Below are positions 46,625 through 56,966 of a DNA stretch of 64,000 nucleotides, piece by piece. Origin of the DNA: an uncultured Ignavibacteriales bacterium. GTDB taxonomy: Bacteria > Zixibacteria > MSB-5A5 > GN15 > FEB-12. The first letter of the stretch is position 1. Every line of letters starts with the position of its first letter. The stretch covers positions 569-64,568 of the forward strand of contig CAZFGK010000001.1 of NCBI GenBank assembly GCA_964518635.1, in the 5' to 3' direction. The position numbers were made by a program, and so were the translations under genes. The notes under the pieces are model-generated. The model did not search any database, had not been told where the DNA came from, and saw only the letters and a program-made list of their open reading frames with translations.

Positions 46625-47512
46625 TCACTCTGTTGGCAGACCGAGTGGACGTTTTTCTTTGAGTACGACCATCGCAACCCCGATGAGAATCAGCGCACCG
46701 CCGATTAGATTCATGAGAGTGAGTGATTCATCCCCGGCAGTGATCCCGATGATGGTTGCAACAAAGGGGGTGACAAAAGCGATGGTCGAGACGATCAGCG
46801 TCGACACCCGACGCATCAGCCAGTAATAGCCGAGGAATGCAATCACCGTTCCGAAAATCGAAAGATAAAGAACCGAACCGATGGCGGTCGGTGTCCAGTT
46901 GATTGAAACTCCTGATTCAAGAACGAGAGCGATCAAGAGAACAGGAATCAATCCCAGCAGCATTTGAAGAAAAGCCGTTGTCTCGTGCGATGCGCTCACA
47001 GATGATCGCTGATGGATCACCAATCCGAATGCAGCCATGAATGAAGCGGCAATCGCCAGTATACTTCCCAACAGCAGTTCACGTGACTGACCGATTGAAT
47101 CGGCAGTGATAACAACCAACCCGATAAATCCGATAATCAACCCGATCCAGTTGCGTAGAGTAAGGGACGATCCCTCTCCATATATTCGAGCGCAGAGGAT
47201 CACGAAAAATGGGAAGCTGCCAAAAAGAATCGCAGTCAGTGACGAATCGATCCGTTGTTCTGCCATATAGACACAACCATAACTGAGGCCGTACATGAAA
47301 AGTCCGGGAAAGGAGATGACCCATCGATCTTTCCAGCTTTTTCCGAAGCCAGAACCTCTGACCAGAATAATCCCGCCGAGCACAATCACCGCGACGAGAA
47401 ATCTGGCAGCCGCCGCAGTGAATGGAGGTAAGTCATGCAGCCCGAACTTGATAGCAAGCCAGGTTGACCCCCAGATCAGACAAAGAACGAGATAGACGAT
47501 GACTGCCATCAT
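46625..47512 (-). CDS. EamA/DMT-family transporter
   Basis: 295 aa with about 10 TM helices in two similar halves. LCLIWGSTWLAIKFGL is typical of EamA. Confidence 0.8.
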   Translation of the reverse strand: MMAVIVYLVLCLIWGSTWLAIKFGLHDLPPFTAAAARFLVAVIVLGGIILVRGSGFGKSWKDRWVISFPGLFMYGLSYGCVYMAEQRIDSSLTAILFGSFPFFVILCARIYGEGSSLTLRNWIGLIIGFIGLVVITADSIGQSRELLLGSILAIAASFMAAFGLVIHQRSSVSASHETTAFLQMLLGLIPVLLIALVLESGVSINWTPTAIGSVLYLSIFGTVIAFLGYYWLMRRVSTLIVSTIAFVTPFVATIIGITAGDESLTLMNLIGGALILIGVAMVVLKEKRPLGLPTE

Positions 47513-47723
47513 TTTCTTTTATCAATTTCGGGCCGGAAGTCAAGTGGGAGATTCCTCGAATGAAAAAAAAGTTATCCACCGCTTGAAAAGTAGGATGACG
47601 GATGATATATCAGTTCACAGGAATGCCGCGCAGGAGTTGAGTTGTTCTCCCCCTGCTTGGAATATCACAATGACGGTGTGCATCTTCGTTGCGAAGAAGA
47701 TGATAACAATAGACGGAGTAGGT

Positions 47724-48386
47724 ATGAGTTATCAGGACGGGATCGTCAAACAGACCGAATTTTTCACGACCGCTGAACTTGCACAGAAATTGAAAATGAA
47801 TGTGCAGGTGGTCACTCGAAAGGTGCAGTCAGGAGAAATCCGCGCCTACAAGATCGGGAAAGAGTGGCGAATTCCCGAGGTCGCGGTCTTTGAATGGCTG
47901 GAAGGACGTACCAATCGTCCAAATAGCACCGACTCCGGAAGTTTCGCGGCAATCGACAAACAATCCGGACCGTTTCATCAATCGACACCCGCGCAGTCAT
48001 TTCAGACGATCCCATCTCCGGTTGATGCAACCGAATCCCCCCGCCGTTCTCAGCCGGAGAAGTTGATTCCGTCGATTGAAGCAGTCACCATCCCGGTGGC
48101 CACATTCACCAATCGAATGGAATCAGTTCCTACAAGCCGATCATCAAAGGCAAACGGGAATGGGGCATCTGCGAATGGTGGCACGAGACGATTTCTGTTG
48201 GAATATATTCTCGCACAGTTTGAGCCGCATCGCAGCTATCAGGAGCATGAAGTAGACCTTATTATCAGACGGCACGGGCAGGATCCGGAGATTGTGAAGA
48301 CAGAGATGATGACTGCTCGAATGCTCTCAGCCACTCTCGGGAAATTCACGCGACGACTCGACTACCAGCTCGCCTCCGGCAGCTGA
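47724..48386 (+). CDS. excisionase-type HTH protein with DUF2087-like C-terminal domain
   Basis: The ATG at 47724 is preceded by GGAG with a 5-nt spacer. The HTH is FFTTAELAQKLKMNVQVVTRKVQSGEIRAYKIGKEWRIPEVAVFEWL. A Ser/Pro-rich linker follows. The C-terminus RRFLLEYILAQFEPHRSYQEHEVDLIIRRH resembles DUF2087. Confidence 0.6.
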   Translation: MSYQDGIVKQTEFFTTAELAQKLKMNVQVVTRKVQSGEIRAYKIGKEWRIPEVAVFEWLEGRTNRPNSTDSGSFAAIDKQSGPFHQSTPAQSFQTIPSPVDATESPRRSQPEKLIPSIEAVTIPVATFTNRMESVPTSRSSKANGNGASANGGTRRFLLEYILAQFEPHRSYQEHEVDLIIRRHGQDPEIVKTEMMTARMLSATLGKFTRRLDYQLASGS

Positions 48387-48435
48387 TTCATTCGATTTCT
48401 CCTGATAGTTCGTTTCATACTCAGGCATACAAGAC

Positions 48436-48476
48436 AAAAAAAAACGGCCAGCTCCCATCAGAGAGTTGGCCGTTTT
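48436..48476. terminator. bidirectional rho-independent terminator between convergent genes
   Basis: A9 (48436-48444), then an 11-bp stem ACGGCCAGCTC/GAGTTGGCCGT (48444-48454 / 48463-48473, one G-T pair), then TTTT. Confidence 0.6.
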
Positions 48477-48502
48477 CAGTTTGTGGAAAGAACGTGTTCG
48501 TT

Positions 48503-51262
48503 CTAGAAGTCGGACGGGATCATTGTATTCGGTGGTGGGATACCGAGTATCTGCTGCACCATCTGTTCATTCTGATTGATCTTGTAGTTAGCAAACAGCT
48601 TAGTAGCCCGTTGAACTTCAGCCATGTTTTCTGGACTGTCAAAGCCAATAGCCGTGACCAGTTTCCGGTAGGCCATCGACTGATTCGGGTTCGCTTCAAA
48701 TGCTTCCCACAGGATCGCAATCCCCTCTTTCTTGAGGATCTCATTGTTGGTACGTCTGCCGATCTCATTTTTCACGAGACCAAGATCCTGCCTGAAAAAG
48801 AGATTGGTGGGCATTTTCCCAAGAAAGCTTTCAAGCGTGTCATGTGCCTGTTGCAGATAGACCAGCGACTTCGCACTGTCTCCGACTCGGTCATAACGCT
48901 CACTCCGCACAAAAGACAACTGCCAGTACTCTGGATACCGGGCGAGCATTGAGTCGAGAAGAATATCGGCTCGCACAGTGTCGCCACGAGCGATGAGCAT
49001 ATCGTGAATGCGAGTTGCAGTGATTCCGAAGGCGAGCTGGATGCCGGTCGCATTCTCTTCCCTGAAGATGCTGGCATCACGGAGTCCGTCGAATTTATAA
49101 GTCTCCATCAGATGTTTGTATCCGGTTTCGACATCAACGGCGCTCGTCACCGGTTCACGTTCAAGCCGGTACAGAATTCCCGCACCAATAGTGCGCTCGG
49201 TCAATTTGAGCGGTGAGCTGGAGAATGGGGGGGCGGAGAAATAGATCGGATCACGCCAGCGATTCTCCAGCACGATTTCATCCATCATCATCTCAGAGGT
49301 ACGAACGATTCGATTCTGCCAGACATCGGCCTGCATATAGGCGCGCCGATTGCGTGGACGATCGAAGAACTGTTCTGCGGGGCGGCTGATCACACGATCT
49401 CCGTCCTGAAACTCTTCCCAGACAATCTGCTTTTCAGTCAGCGAGATCGGAACATTGTAGGTGTTCTTCATCTGGAGCACATACCAGTCGGTCTGCAAGA
49501 GAGAGAGATTCACAACACGAACATCCTTGCGGAAATCGTAACACTCCTGCATCGCCCAAAGTGGGAAGGTATCGTTGTCGCCACCGGTGAAGAGGATCGT
49601 ATTCGGCGGACAGGATTGCAGAATATTGTAAGCGTAGTTGTAGGCGAGTCGATTTTCTGAGCGGTCGTTGATGTAATAATTCTTTGCGAGTGCGACTCCG
49701 GGGAGAAGGACCAGCAGGAATCCGCTCACACGTACGACCAGCGGAGCCATTCCTGAGTTTGATTTCTGCAGAAAATCCCGCAGCAGTGTCATGATCGCGG
49801 CGACGCCAAGCCCCATACAAATTCCAAAGAAGACAAAGGCAGGGGTGAAGAAGTAGTCACGATCACGAACTTCGAGATAGGCATCTCCGGTTGCAAAACT
49901 GTATTTGGTGCCGTCCGCAAAATTCATGTAGAGAACGAGCCCGACCGAGGTCATCAGGAAGAGTGTCAACACCGGCCAGCCGATCTCCGGTTTTCGCCTG
50001 ATCAGAAAGACCATTCCACCCAAGCCCAACACCAGAAATGGAATGAATGAGGTCCCCGGCTGGCTCCACTGCTCTTCAAAATAGCTGTAGTATCCCATGT
50101 GAGCATGGCGACCGAGCTGATTCGATAGCTCACCGCGACGCTGGAACATGCGATCGGTCATCGAGACCTGACCATACTGTTTACGATCAAGAAAATTTAC
50201 GAAGGTCTGGTAGCTGCGATCCGGATTATTTTCGTCGATACGCGGATTGTGTGTCGAACGAATCGGGATAAACAGGTGAATCGAGAATCCAATAAATGCA
50301 AGCAACACTACGGCAAGTGCCGTCCGCCAGTCGAATCGCCAGCCAAATTGTTTTCGTGCGACATAGCCGACAAGAAGAATGGCGAGCAGAATAAACGGTG
50401 TCAGCTTGATGTACATATCAAAGCTCAGGATTACCGCTCCGACTGCAATTAACGCAATCGCCATTCCCCAATTGATCTTCTCACGAAGGTAGAAGAGTAA
50501 TCCGAGTCCAAGCCCACCGACGGTAATCTTAAACAGCCCTGCCCCACCCGGTTTGTCAGAGAAAAGAATAATCAACAACAAGGCGGCGATTCCGAAGAGG
50601 CAGATAGCCATCACATCCTTCGCCACCGCGCGCATGTTCATGATGAAAAAGATCGCGACCACCGGCATGACGAGAAAGACCGTCATGTGGACAGAGATCC
50701 CTAACATGGCAAGATAGATGGCGAGAATGAGCCACTTGGCGGCCTGGATTGTCCCGCGATCTTCCCAGAAGCGGATCGCCAGCCAGATGATTGCGACGGT
50801 GAGAGCGAGCGCAAGGCCGTAGACTTCCGCCTCGACTGCATTCCCCCAGTTAGTATTTCCGAAGGTCACGAAAAATGCGCCGGCAATTCCGCCGACGTAG
50901 GCGATGAAGCGATTGATCGGCTCGGTCTTTGATTCGCTGAAGAAATACTCGATCAGCCGCACCGTCAGCAGATAGCTGAACAATGCGGTACAGGCAGAAG
51001 AGACCACCGACAGATAATTGATCCGGTAGGCGACATCATCGACGAACGGAATCATGGCAAAGAGTCGTCCGATCAGCAGAAACATCGGAGTTCCCGGCGG
51101 ATGCGGGATTCCAAGAATATTTGCGCAGGCGGCAAACTCTCCACAATCCCAGTAGGAGATGGTTCGCTGGACGGTCATAGCATAGACAATGAATGCTCCC
51201 AGAAAGACAAAGAAGGCAATAATAGCATTCGTGCGATCGAAGGTCTGGTTCTGTTGGGTCAT
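48503..51262 (-). CDS. DUF2723 (GT117/TMEM260-like) polytopic membrane protein with C-terminal helical-repeat domain
   Basis: The hallmark N-terminus is SYWDCGEFAACANILGIPHPPGTPMF. About 11 TM helices are followed by a soluble TPR-like C-terminus. Confidence 0.8.
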   Translation of the reverse strand: MTQQNQTFDRTNAIIAFFVFLGAFIVYAMTVQRTISYWDCGEFAACANILGIPHPPGTPMFLLIGRLFAMIPFVDDVAYRINYLSVVSSACTALFSYLLTVRLIEYFFSESKTEPINRFIAYVGGIAGAFFVTFGNTNWGNAVEAEVYGLALALTVAIIWLAIRFWEDRGTIQAAKWLILAIYLAMLGISVHMTVFLVMPVVAIFFIMNMRAVAKDVMAICLFGIAALLLIILFSDKPGGAGLFKITVGGLGLGLLFYLREKINWGMAIALIAVGAVILSFDMYIKLTPFILLAILLVGYVARKQFGWRFDWRTALAVVLLAFIGFSIHLFIPIRSTHNPRIDENNPDRSYQTFVNFLDRKQYGQVSMTDRMFQRRGELSNQLGRHAHMGYYSYFEEQWSQPGTSFIPFLVLGLGGMVFLIRRKPEIGWPVLTLFLMTSVGLVLYMNFADGTKYSFATGDAYLEVRDRDYFFTPAFVFFGICMGLGVAAIMTLLRDFLQKSNSGMAPLVVRVSGFLLVLLPGVALAKNYYINDRSENRLAYNYAYNILQSCPPNTILFTGGDNDTFPLWAMQECYDFRKDVRVVNLSLLQTDWYVLQMKNTYNVPISLTEKQIVWEEFQDGDRVISRPAEQFFDRPRNRRAYMQADVWQNRIVRTSEMMMDEIVLENRWRDPIYFSAPPFSSSPLKLTERTIGAGILYRLEREPVTSAVDVETGYKHLMETYKFDGLRDASIFREENATGIQLAFGITATRIHDMLIARGDTVRADILLDSMLARYPEYWQLSFVRSERYDRVGDSAKSLVYLQQAHDTLESFLGKMPTNLFFRQDLGLVKNEIGRRTNNEILKKEGIAILWEAFEANPNQSMAYRKLVTAIGFDSPENMAEVQRATKLFANYKINQNEQMVQQILGIPPPNTMIPSDF

Positions 51263-51474
51263 CGGCTCTGTTTCTTCATGTGGTCAAACTGCTCGAAATT
51301 CGAGGTTCACTTTTTTGGCATCCTTTGCGGATTTCGCCGCAAATCATTGTACACGAAGGGGGGAGTATAGTGCCCACCCCCTACCTGAAACAATCGAAAG
51401 AATCAGATACCGGATGACATATAGAATTGAGAGCTAGTGGGGGTTGACCGGACTTGAGAGAAAAGGGCTGCATC

Positions 51475-53391
51475 TTATCCAACGAGAGAGCCACCCTCGA
51501 GCTTGCGAAGACTCTCTCTAATTTTGGCATTATACGGGAAGAATGGGAATTCCTTGAGAATATGGCGATAGATGCGGATAGTCTCGGTCATCCGTTCGGC
51601 GTCCCCCAGGAGGAGATCGGCTTCGATTTTCAGTCCGTACGGTAGATAATGGGACTGTGGAAATTCGGTCTTGAGACGACCAAGATAGCCGACCGCGCGG
51701 GAGGTATCCGCCCGCGAAAGGGCGACTTCGGCAAGTCGAAAGAGGGCCAGCGGAGCGAGAATCTGATTTTCATTGGTTGAGAGTGACTGCAACAATGCAA
51801 CCGCACTGTCTGGATGATGAAGGAATCGCTCTTTCTCGGCTTCAACATAGATCGACAGTAGCGAGTTTGAAGAATCGGCATCGGTGAAGACTACCAGATG
51901 GGTAATCGCATCATTGGTGTAGAAGCCGCGAGGGTAGTCGATCATAAATCTGCGCATCGCAGTCTTGGCAGAATCAATATTCCCTTCGAACAGATCGAGA
52001 AGCGCCAAATGATACAGCCCCTCTTCGATGAAATCCTCACGGTCGAGCATGCCGCGTGTGGTGTCAGTTAATCGGGTCCATTCAGCCCTTGCTTGAGCGA
52101 ATTTTCCGGATTGCGCCAGCGCAAATGGTCTGGCACGCATCGCCCCCGGATGATACCCACCACGGGAAGTGGCCGTCGCTGAATCAAATGAGACAAGAGC
52201 TTCATTCGGTCGCTGCGTCTCATCTAGCTGCATTAGGCCAAGCTGATACCATGCCTCTGGGGCATCCCGTGGGGCCTTCTTTGCGGCAATGATGACTCTA
52301 TAGATCGAATCTGCCTGCTGGTATTTCTGAAGGCCGCGATAGGCGGCTGCCATTGAAAACTGGACCTCGCCGACCAGATAACTTCCGACATGACGGCTTA
52401 GAAAAACTCCGGCTCCTCGCAGTGCTTCGGAGTATGCCTTTTTGTCGACACAGAGTCGAACGTGCCGTTGGAGTACCTGTCCGTGCATCGGATCGGCCGA
52501 ATCCTGTCGTATCGCGAGGGTGAGGGCCTCGTCGAATCGGCCGGAAATGATCAAGTGATTCATCAGCACATACGGCAGCGATCCCTCGAAGTAATTCATC
52601 TTCGCGACAATAAGCCCTTCGACTTCTACTGCCGATTCACCATAACTGAGCAATTGCTGCAATCGACGCTCTGCTTCGGCGGCCTCGATAGTGGTATCAC
52701 CAGCGAGCAGCGGAAGATAGGTCTCAGCGGCGAGTCGATACTGCCGCTGACGCTCAAGGCACAACCCCTCGTCGAGGCGAAACAGGAGAGAGTCATTGAA
52801 CTCTTTTCGAAATTGTGAAATCACTGCTCGGCAGGAATCGTACAGCGCATGATCAAGCATGCTGCCAACCAGCATTTGCAATTTCTTTGGACCACCCGGT
52901 TTGATGGCATCAATGGCGAGTCGATAATGGGTCATCGACTCTTCAACTTTCACTCGATCAGCGAGTAATTCTGCAAGCAGGATGCGATTGCTTATATTTC
53001 CCGGGTTGCCAGCAAGCAGACGACGAACGAGAACTTCTGCCTTCCCTTTTTCACCAATTTCGAGATAGCAGCTCTTGAGAAGATTGGCGACGACATCATT
53101 GGTCGGGTCTTCTTCCAGTACCATTTCGAGTAATCCGGCGGCGGGTTCATATCGCCGTTCTCGAATCAATTTTCGCGCACTGGTCAGTTTGTCGGCACTG
53201 GTCTGATCATCCGCAGCACCGACGCCGCTTTCATCGATAGTCGGCCATTCACCGAGCGGCGGGATTTTTATTGAGTCGATAATATGCGCCTGCGCCTGCA
53301 CTGTCGCAGCGTCAGCGATGGTAAACAGCAAGAGTCCCACCGCGCATGAGAGCGCACCAGAGAGAATTCTCATGCGAAATCCGGAGATCAC
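51475..53391 (-). CDS. secreted TPR repeat protein
   Basis: 638 aa with a signal peptide (ALSCAVGLLLFTIADAATVQA) and TPR-like repeats throughout. Confidence 0.7.
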   Translation of the reverse strand: MISGFRMRILSGALSCAVGLLLFTIADAATVQAQAHIIDSIKIPPLGEWPTIDESGVGAADDQTSADKLTSARKLIRERRYEPAAGLLEMVLEEDPTNDVVANLLKSCYLEIGEKGKAEVLVRRLLAGNPGNISNRILLAELLADRVKVEESMTHYRLAIDAIKPGGPKKLQMLVGSMLDHALYDSCRAVISQFRKEFNDSLLFRLDEGLCLERQRQYRLAAETYLPLLAGDTTIEAAEAERRLQQLLSYGESAVEVEGLIVAKMNYFEGSLPYVLMNHLIISGRFDEALTLAIRQDSADPMHGQVLQRHVRLCVDKKAYSEALRGAGVFLSRHVGSYLVGEVQFSMAAAYRGLQKYQQADSIYRVIIAAKKAPRDAPEAWYQLGLMQLDETQRPNEALVSFDSATATSRGGYHPGAMRARPFALAQSGKFAQARAEWTRLTDTTRGMLDREDFIEEGLYHLALLDLFEGNIDSAKTAMRRFMIDYPRGFYTNDAITHLVVFTDADSSNSLLSIYVEAEKERFLHHPDSAVALLQSLSTNENQILAPLALFRLAEVALSRADTSRAVGYLGRLKTEFPQSHYLPYGLKIEADLLLGDAERMTETIRIYRHILKEFPFFPYNAKIRESLRKLEGGSLVG

Positions 53392-53406
53392 AGACTCTTC
53401 AATCTC

Positions 53407-56400
53407 TTACTGCGCGGATCCGGTTGACTGACGTGATCGTTCCGCTTCCAGCAACGCCCGGAAATAGGCCTTGATCTGCGCTTCGTATTGTTGCGGGTAG
53501 CCCTCACCTAAAAATTGCTTGAGACGATCTTCAAATCGCTGATCATCACCAAGATCACCGGCAAGATCGGGCGGAAGATAGACTGGGTTTGTGGTCGCGG
53601 TGGAGGCCTGACGATCAGGATTGAAATCACGACGCTGCAACGAGCGAGTCGCTTCGAGCATGCGAGAGAGAATTTTCAACTGACGATCGGCGGTCTCTTC
53701 ACCGGGTTCACCGTCACTGAGATCTTCTTCCACCTTCCCCATTTCACGCGCGATATCATCGAGTCGACCAAGAAGCTGACGTGAGTTCCCGAATTCCTTC
53801 TGAAGCTCTTCCATCTGCTTACGAATCTGCCCCTGCTCCCCGGCAAGACGTTTCAGTCCCTCCTTCATTCGCTGCGTTGCTTCAGAGTTTCCGTTCTGTG
53901 GGGTACCGTTCTTCCCCATCTTGCCGCCGGGATTCTGGCACATCCCCTTGGTCTCTTCATTCAGCTTCTGCTGCTTCTTGGAAAGGGCGTCAAGCTGCGG
54001 CATACCGTTGCTGCAACTGTTGTTCGACGGGTTATTGCATTGCTTCTGCTGATCGAGTGACTCCATCAGTTTCGCCGTTGCCTTGTTGATCTCTCCCATT
54101 GCGTCACGTTGGCGAGTCGACCCCGCCTGGGCATTTTTGCGACTCAGAAAATCGGTCGCCGATTTCATCTCCTCCTGCGCACCAGCGAGCATGCGGCTGA
54201 GTTCACCAGAAATAAACGGTGATGACTTGGCAAGATGTGCAATCTGCTGTTTTAATGCTTCGGTGGTGGCGGCAAGTTCCTGCTGATCTGAAGCGAGATT
54301 CTGCAGATTCATGCTCTGGGTCATCGCCTGAGCAGTCTGCGACATCAGCTCTTCCTGTTTCCCGGAGACCGTATTGGAATTATCGATTGCTTCACGGATG
54401 GCACGCGCCATCTGTTCATTTGATTTCGACTGCATTGCCATCTGCTCTTTTTGCATTTTTTCGAGCATGTCAGCAAGTTTCTTCTCGGCCTCTTTCCCTT
54501 CACTCTTCGACTGCTCTTTGTCGGATTGCTGCATCGATTTGGAAGATTTCTCCATGTTCTTTTCGGCATCATTCTTTTCGAGTGCCTCGGCGAATTTCTT
54601 CACCTCTTCGGAGTCTTCCATCTTGGCATCTTTTTGCAGCTCTTTCAGCTCACTCGCCTCTTTCTTGAGGTCATCCATCTTTTTTTGTAGCTCATCCTGC
54701 TTCGGAGCGAGTTCGGAAAGTTCTTTTGGATCTTTCTTTTCGGTCTGATCGTTTAATGCTTCCTGTTCACGGAGCAGTTCTTCTGCTTTGCGAATCATCG
54801 CTTCCATTTTCTGTTCAAGCTGCATGCGCTTCAGAAGGGCAAGGGTGCGATCCAGACGTTCGAGCATCTCCTGCTGCGATTCCTGATACTCTTTCATTGC
54901 CTCTTCAATCTGCTGCTTATCCATGCTCTTGAGTGCATCCTGAAGTTTCTTCTGTGCTTCGCGCATCTCTGGAGTGGCGACTTCCTCAAACAGTTTCTGG
55001 ATCGCTTCCATCTTCTCCATGACCTCGCGACTCATCACCGCCTGATCACGAAGTTTCTCCATCTGTTCATCCATCGACTTGGCGACTGAGTCGATTTTCT
55101 TGATCAGCTCTTCCTGCGCCTTTGCAGTTGCGTCGATTTCCTGCTGCTGTTGCCATTCTGGCTTGGCGCTGTTTTTCTGTTCAGCTTCGAGCTTGCGAGT
55201 GGTCTGTTTCAGACGCTCCGCCAGCTGCTTCCCTTCCCGCAGAATCTCTTCGGTCTTGCTGATTCTCTCTTCCCCGCCGGACTCGGCTTGATAGGTGATC
55301 TCTTCAAGGGAGGGATAACGGGCGATATACTCTTTGCTCTTGGATGTCTTCGGACCACTTACGCGGTCGTTGTCGGTGACTTCGAAATAGTAGGCCACCT
55401 GATCACCGGGGAACATCTTGAGTGACGACAAATCCCAGTTGAAATCGATATCACCGTCGGTAGTGATCGTACTCGGATAGTGCAGTACAGCAACCCGCTC
55501 GGTAGCTTTCTTTCCATCTTGTGTAAGTGTGAATTTCAGAGCGAGAGAGCTGAATCCGAAATCGTCACTGATATGCAGCAAAATCGGAATTCCCATCGCA
55601 TCTGAAAGAGTCACATCCGTTCCCGGTTTGAGCACATCGATGGAAGGATACAAGTCGGGTTGCGCAGTAAGTGCATACCGAATCGGATCAGGATTGGTCT
55701 CGTTCAGACGATTGTGAAGTTCGACATGATAAGAAAGTGAGCGGTCAAGGGTGATGGTGGTTTCAATTGACTTGTCGGTAATGGTCATCACCTGACGAAT
55801 GGTATCATCGATCACGAGTGTCGCTTCCGTCATCGGGTCATTGGTCGTCGCCTGAATAACCACACGACTGCCCGTGATAGCCGAGCCATTCCCTTCATTC
55901 GCTGGAAGATTCAGTGTCGGTCTCTTGGTATAGGATGGCGGATAGACGGTGAGAGCCATGCTCTCGATATGCGGACGATCAACCACCGCGATTCGAATAA
56001 GCTCAGTTTCGAGCTCTCCAGCTTTCAGCTGATACTCAACCGCCGCACTCACTTTTCGCAGTGGAAGAGCGACTCGGATCGAATCACCACGTGCACCGAG
56101 GGAGATGCGCTTCAACGCTGAGGACTGGTCGATCAGATTAATTGATTCTGTCTGCCAATCTCCTCCTTCGAGGCGATAGCGCAGGGTGGCTGCACGGGGG
56201 AGACGTTCTCCAATCAAGAGTCCGCCAATTTCCAGATCAGCAAAACGAACAACCTCACCGCCGTTACTCAGCGGAAAGAGTGAGTACGGAACCGGCGGAG
56301 CGACTTTGGTCAATGGGTTAGCGTAGACTTCAACCGCGTATCGAAAGAATGCCGGAAATGCAAAAAGAGTGATGATCGTCGCGACCATCGCAAGTCCGGC

Positions 56401-56874
56401 ATACCGGCTGGAGCGAACGAGTTGCGCGGTCGATGTCACACTGGCAAAATCGATCTCGGATGATCGTCGAACGGCATTGACATGAGTGGCTTCAACGAGT
56501 TCTGCCGAATACCCTTCCGGCTGCGGCTGCATTGCGAATTGTACTGCCGCGATCAGCTGCCCTTTGAGATCTGGATACTTCGATTCAAGAGCAAGAGCGG
56601 TCGATTCGACTGAACCATGCCGCATTGATTTTACAAACCAGCGGATCGCCGGAGCAATTACTGCTGCGACGGCAAGAGCCAATAATGAAAGTTTCAACCA
56701 GACCGGCAACACAACAAAAGCCGCAATGAGTGAGAGCAGGAACCAGGCAGCAACGCCGATGGCAAGAACGGTGCAGAGTCCGGCAAGCAGGAGGATCTGA
56801 CGCTGACGAGTCAGTACCTGTTGCAAGCGCAAGAGAAGATCACGAGTCGAGTGTGGGCGAGTTGCTTCGTTCAT
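53407..56874 (-). CDS. giant membrane-anchored coiled-coil protein (possibly DUF4175-like)
   Basis: 1155 aa. It has three or four N-terminal TM helices, a ~350-aa beta-rich region and a ~450-aa E/K/Q-rich coiled coil. The C-terminus is basic. The family name is from memory only. Confidence 0.6.
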   Translation of the reverse strand: MNEATRPHSTRDLLLRLQQVLTRQRQILLLAGLCTVLAIGVAAWFLLSLIAAFVVLPVWLKLSLLALAVAAVIAPAIRWFVKSMRHGSVESTALALESKYPDLKGQLIAAVQFAMQPQPEGYSAELVEATHVNAVRRSSEIDFASVTSTAQLVRSSRYAGLAMVATIITLFAFPAFFRYAVEVYANPLTKVAPPVPYSLFPLSNGGEVVRFADLEIGGLLIGERLPRAATLRYRLEGGDWQTESINLIDQSSALKRISLGARGDSIRVALPLRKVSAAVEYQLKAGELETELIRIAVVDRPHIESMALTVYPPSYTKRPTLNLPANEGNGSAITGSRVVIQATTNDPMTEATLVIDDTIRQVMTITDKSIETTITLDRSLSYHVELHNRLNETNPDPIRYALTAQPDLYPSIDVLKPGTDVTLSDAMGIPILLHISDDFGFSSLALKFTLTQDGKKATERVAVLHYPSTITTDGDIDFNWDLSSLKMFPGDQVAYYFEVTDNDRVSGPKTSKSKEYIARYPSLEEITYQAESGGEERISKTEEILREGKQLAERLKQTTRKLEAEQKNSAKPEWQQQQEIDATAKAQEELIKKIDSVAKSMDEQMEKLRDQAVMSREVMEKMEAIQKLFEEVATPEMREAQKKLQDALKSMDKQQIEEAMKEYQESQQEMLERLDRTLALLKRMQLEQKMEAMIRKAEELLREQEALNDQTEKKDPKELSELAPKQDELQKKMDDLKKEASELKELQKDAKMEDSEEVKKFAEALEKNDAEKNMEKSSKSMQQSDKEQSKSEGKEAEKKLADMLEKMQKEQMAMQSKSNEQMARAIREAIDNSNTVSGKQEELMSQTAQAMTQSMNLQNLASDQQELAATTEALKQQIAHLAKSSPFISGELSRMLAGAQEEMKSATDFLSRKNAQAGSTRQRDAMGEINKATAKLMESLDQQKQCNNPSNNSCSNGMPQLDALSKKQQKLNEETKGMCQNPGGKMGKNGTPQNGNSEATQRMKEGLKRLAGEQGQIRKQMEELQKEFGNSRQLLGRLDDIAREMGKVEEDLSDGEPGEETADRQLKILSRMLEATRSLQRRDFNPDRQASTATTNPVYLPPDLAGDLGDDQRFEDRLKQFLGEGYPQQYEAQIKAYFRALLEAERSRQSTGSAQ

Positions 56875-56966
56875 AGTGCTATCCTGCTCTTTGTAGGCGT
56901 GTTCGCTTCTATTTTTCGGTCAGGGCAACGGGCGTGAGCCCAGTGAATATGTACTAGCTCCGGTTT

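Noticed and set aside
47724-48386. Excisionase-type HTH as a marker of a prophage or integrative element
   Set aside because: There is no integrase, recombinase, phage gene, tRNA-flanked direct repeat or compositional break nearby. The neighbours are a transporter and an envelope glycosyltransferase-like gene.
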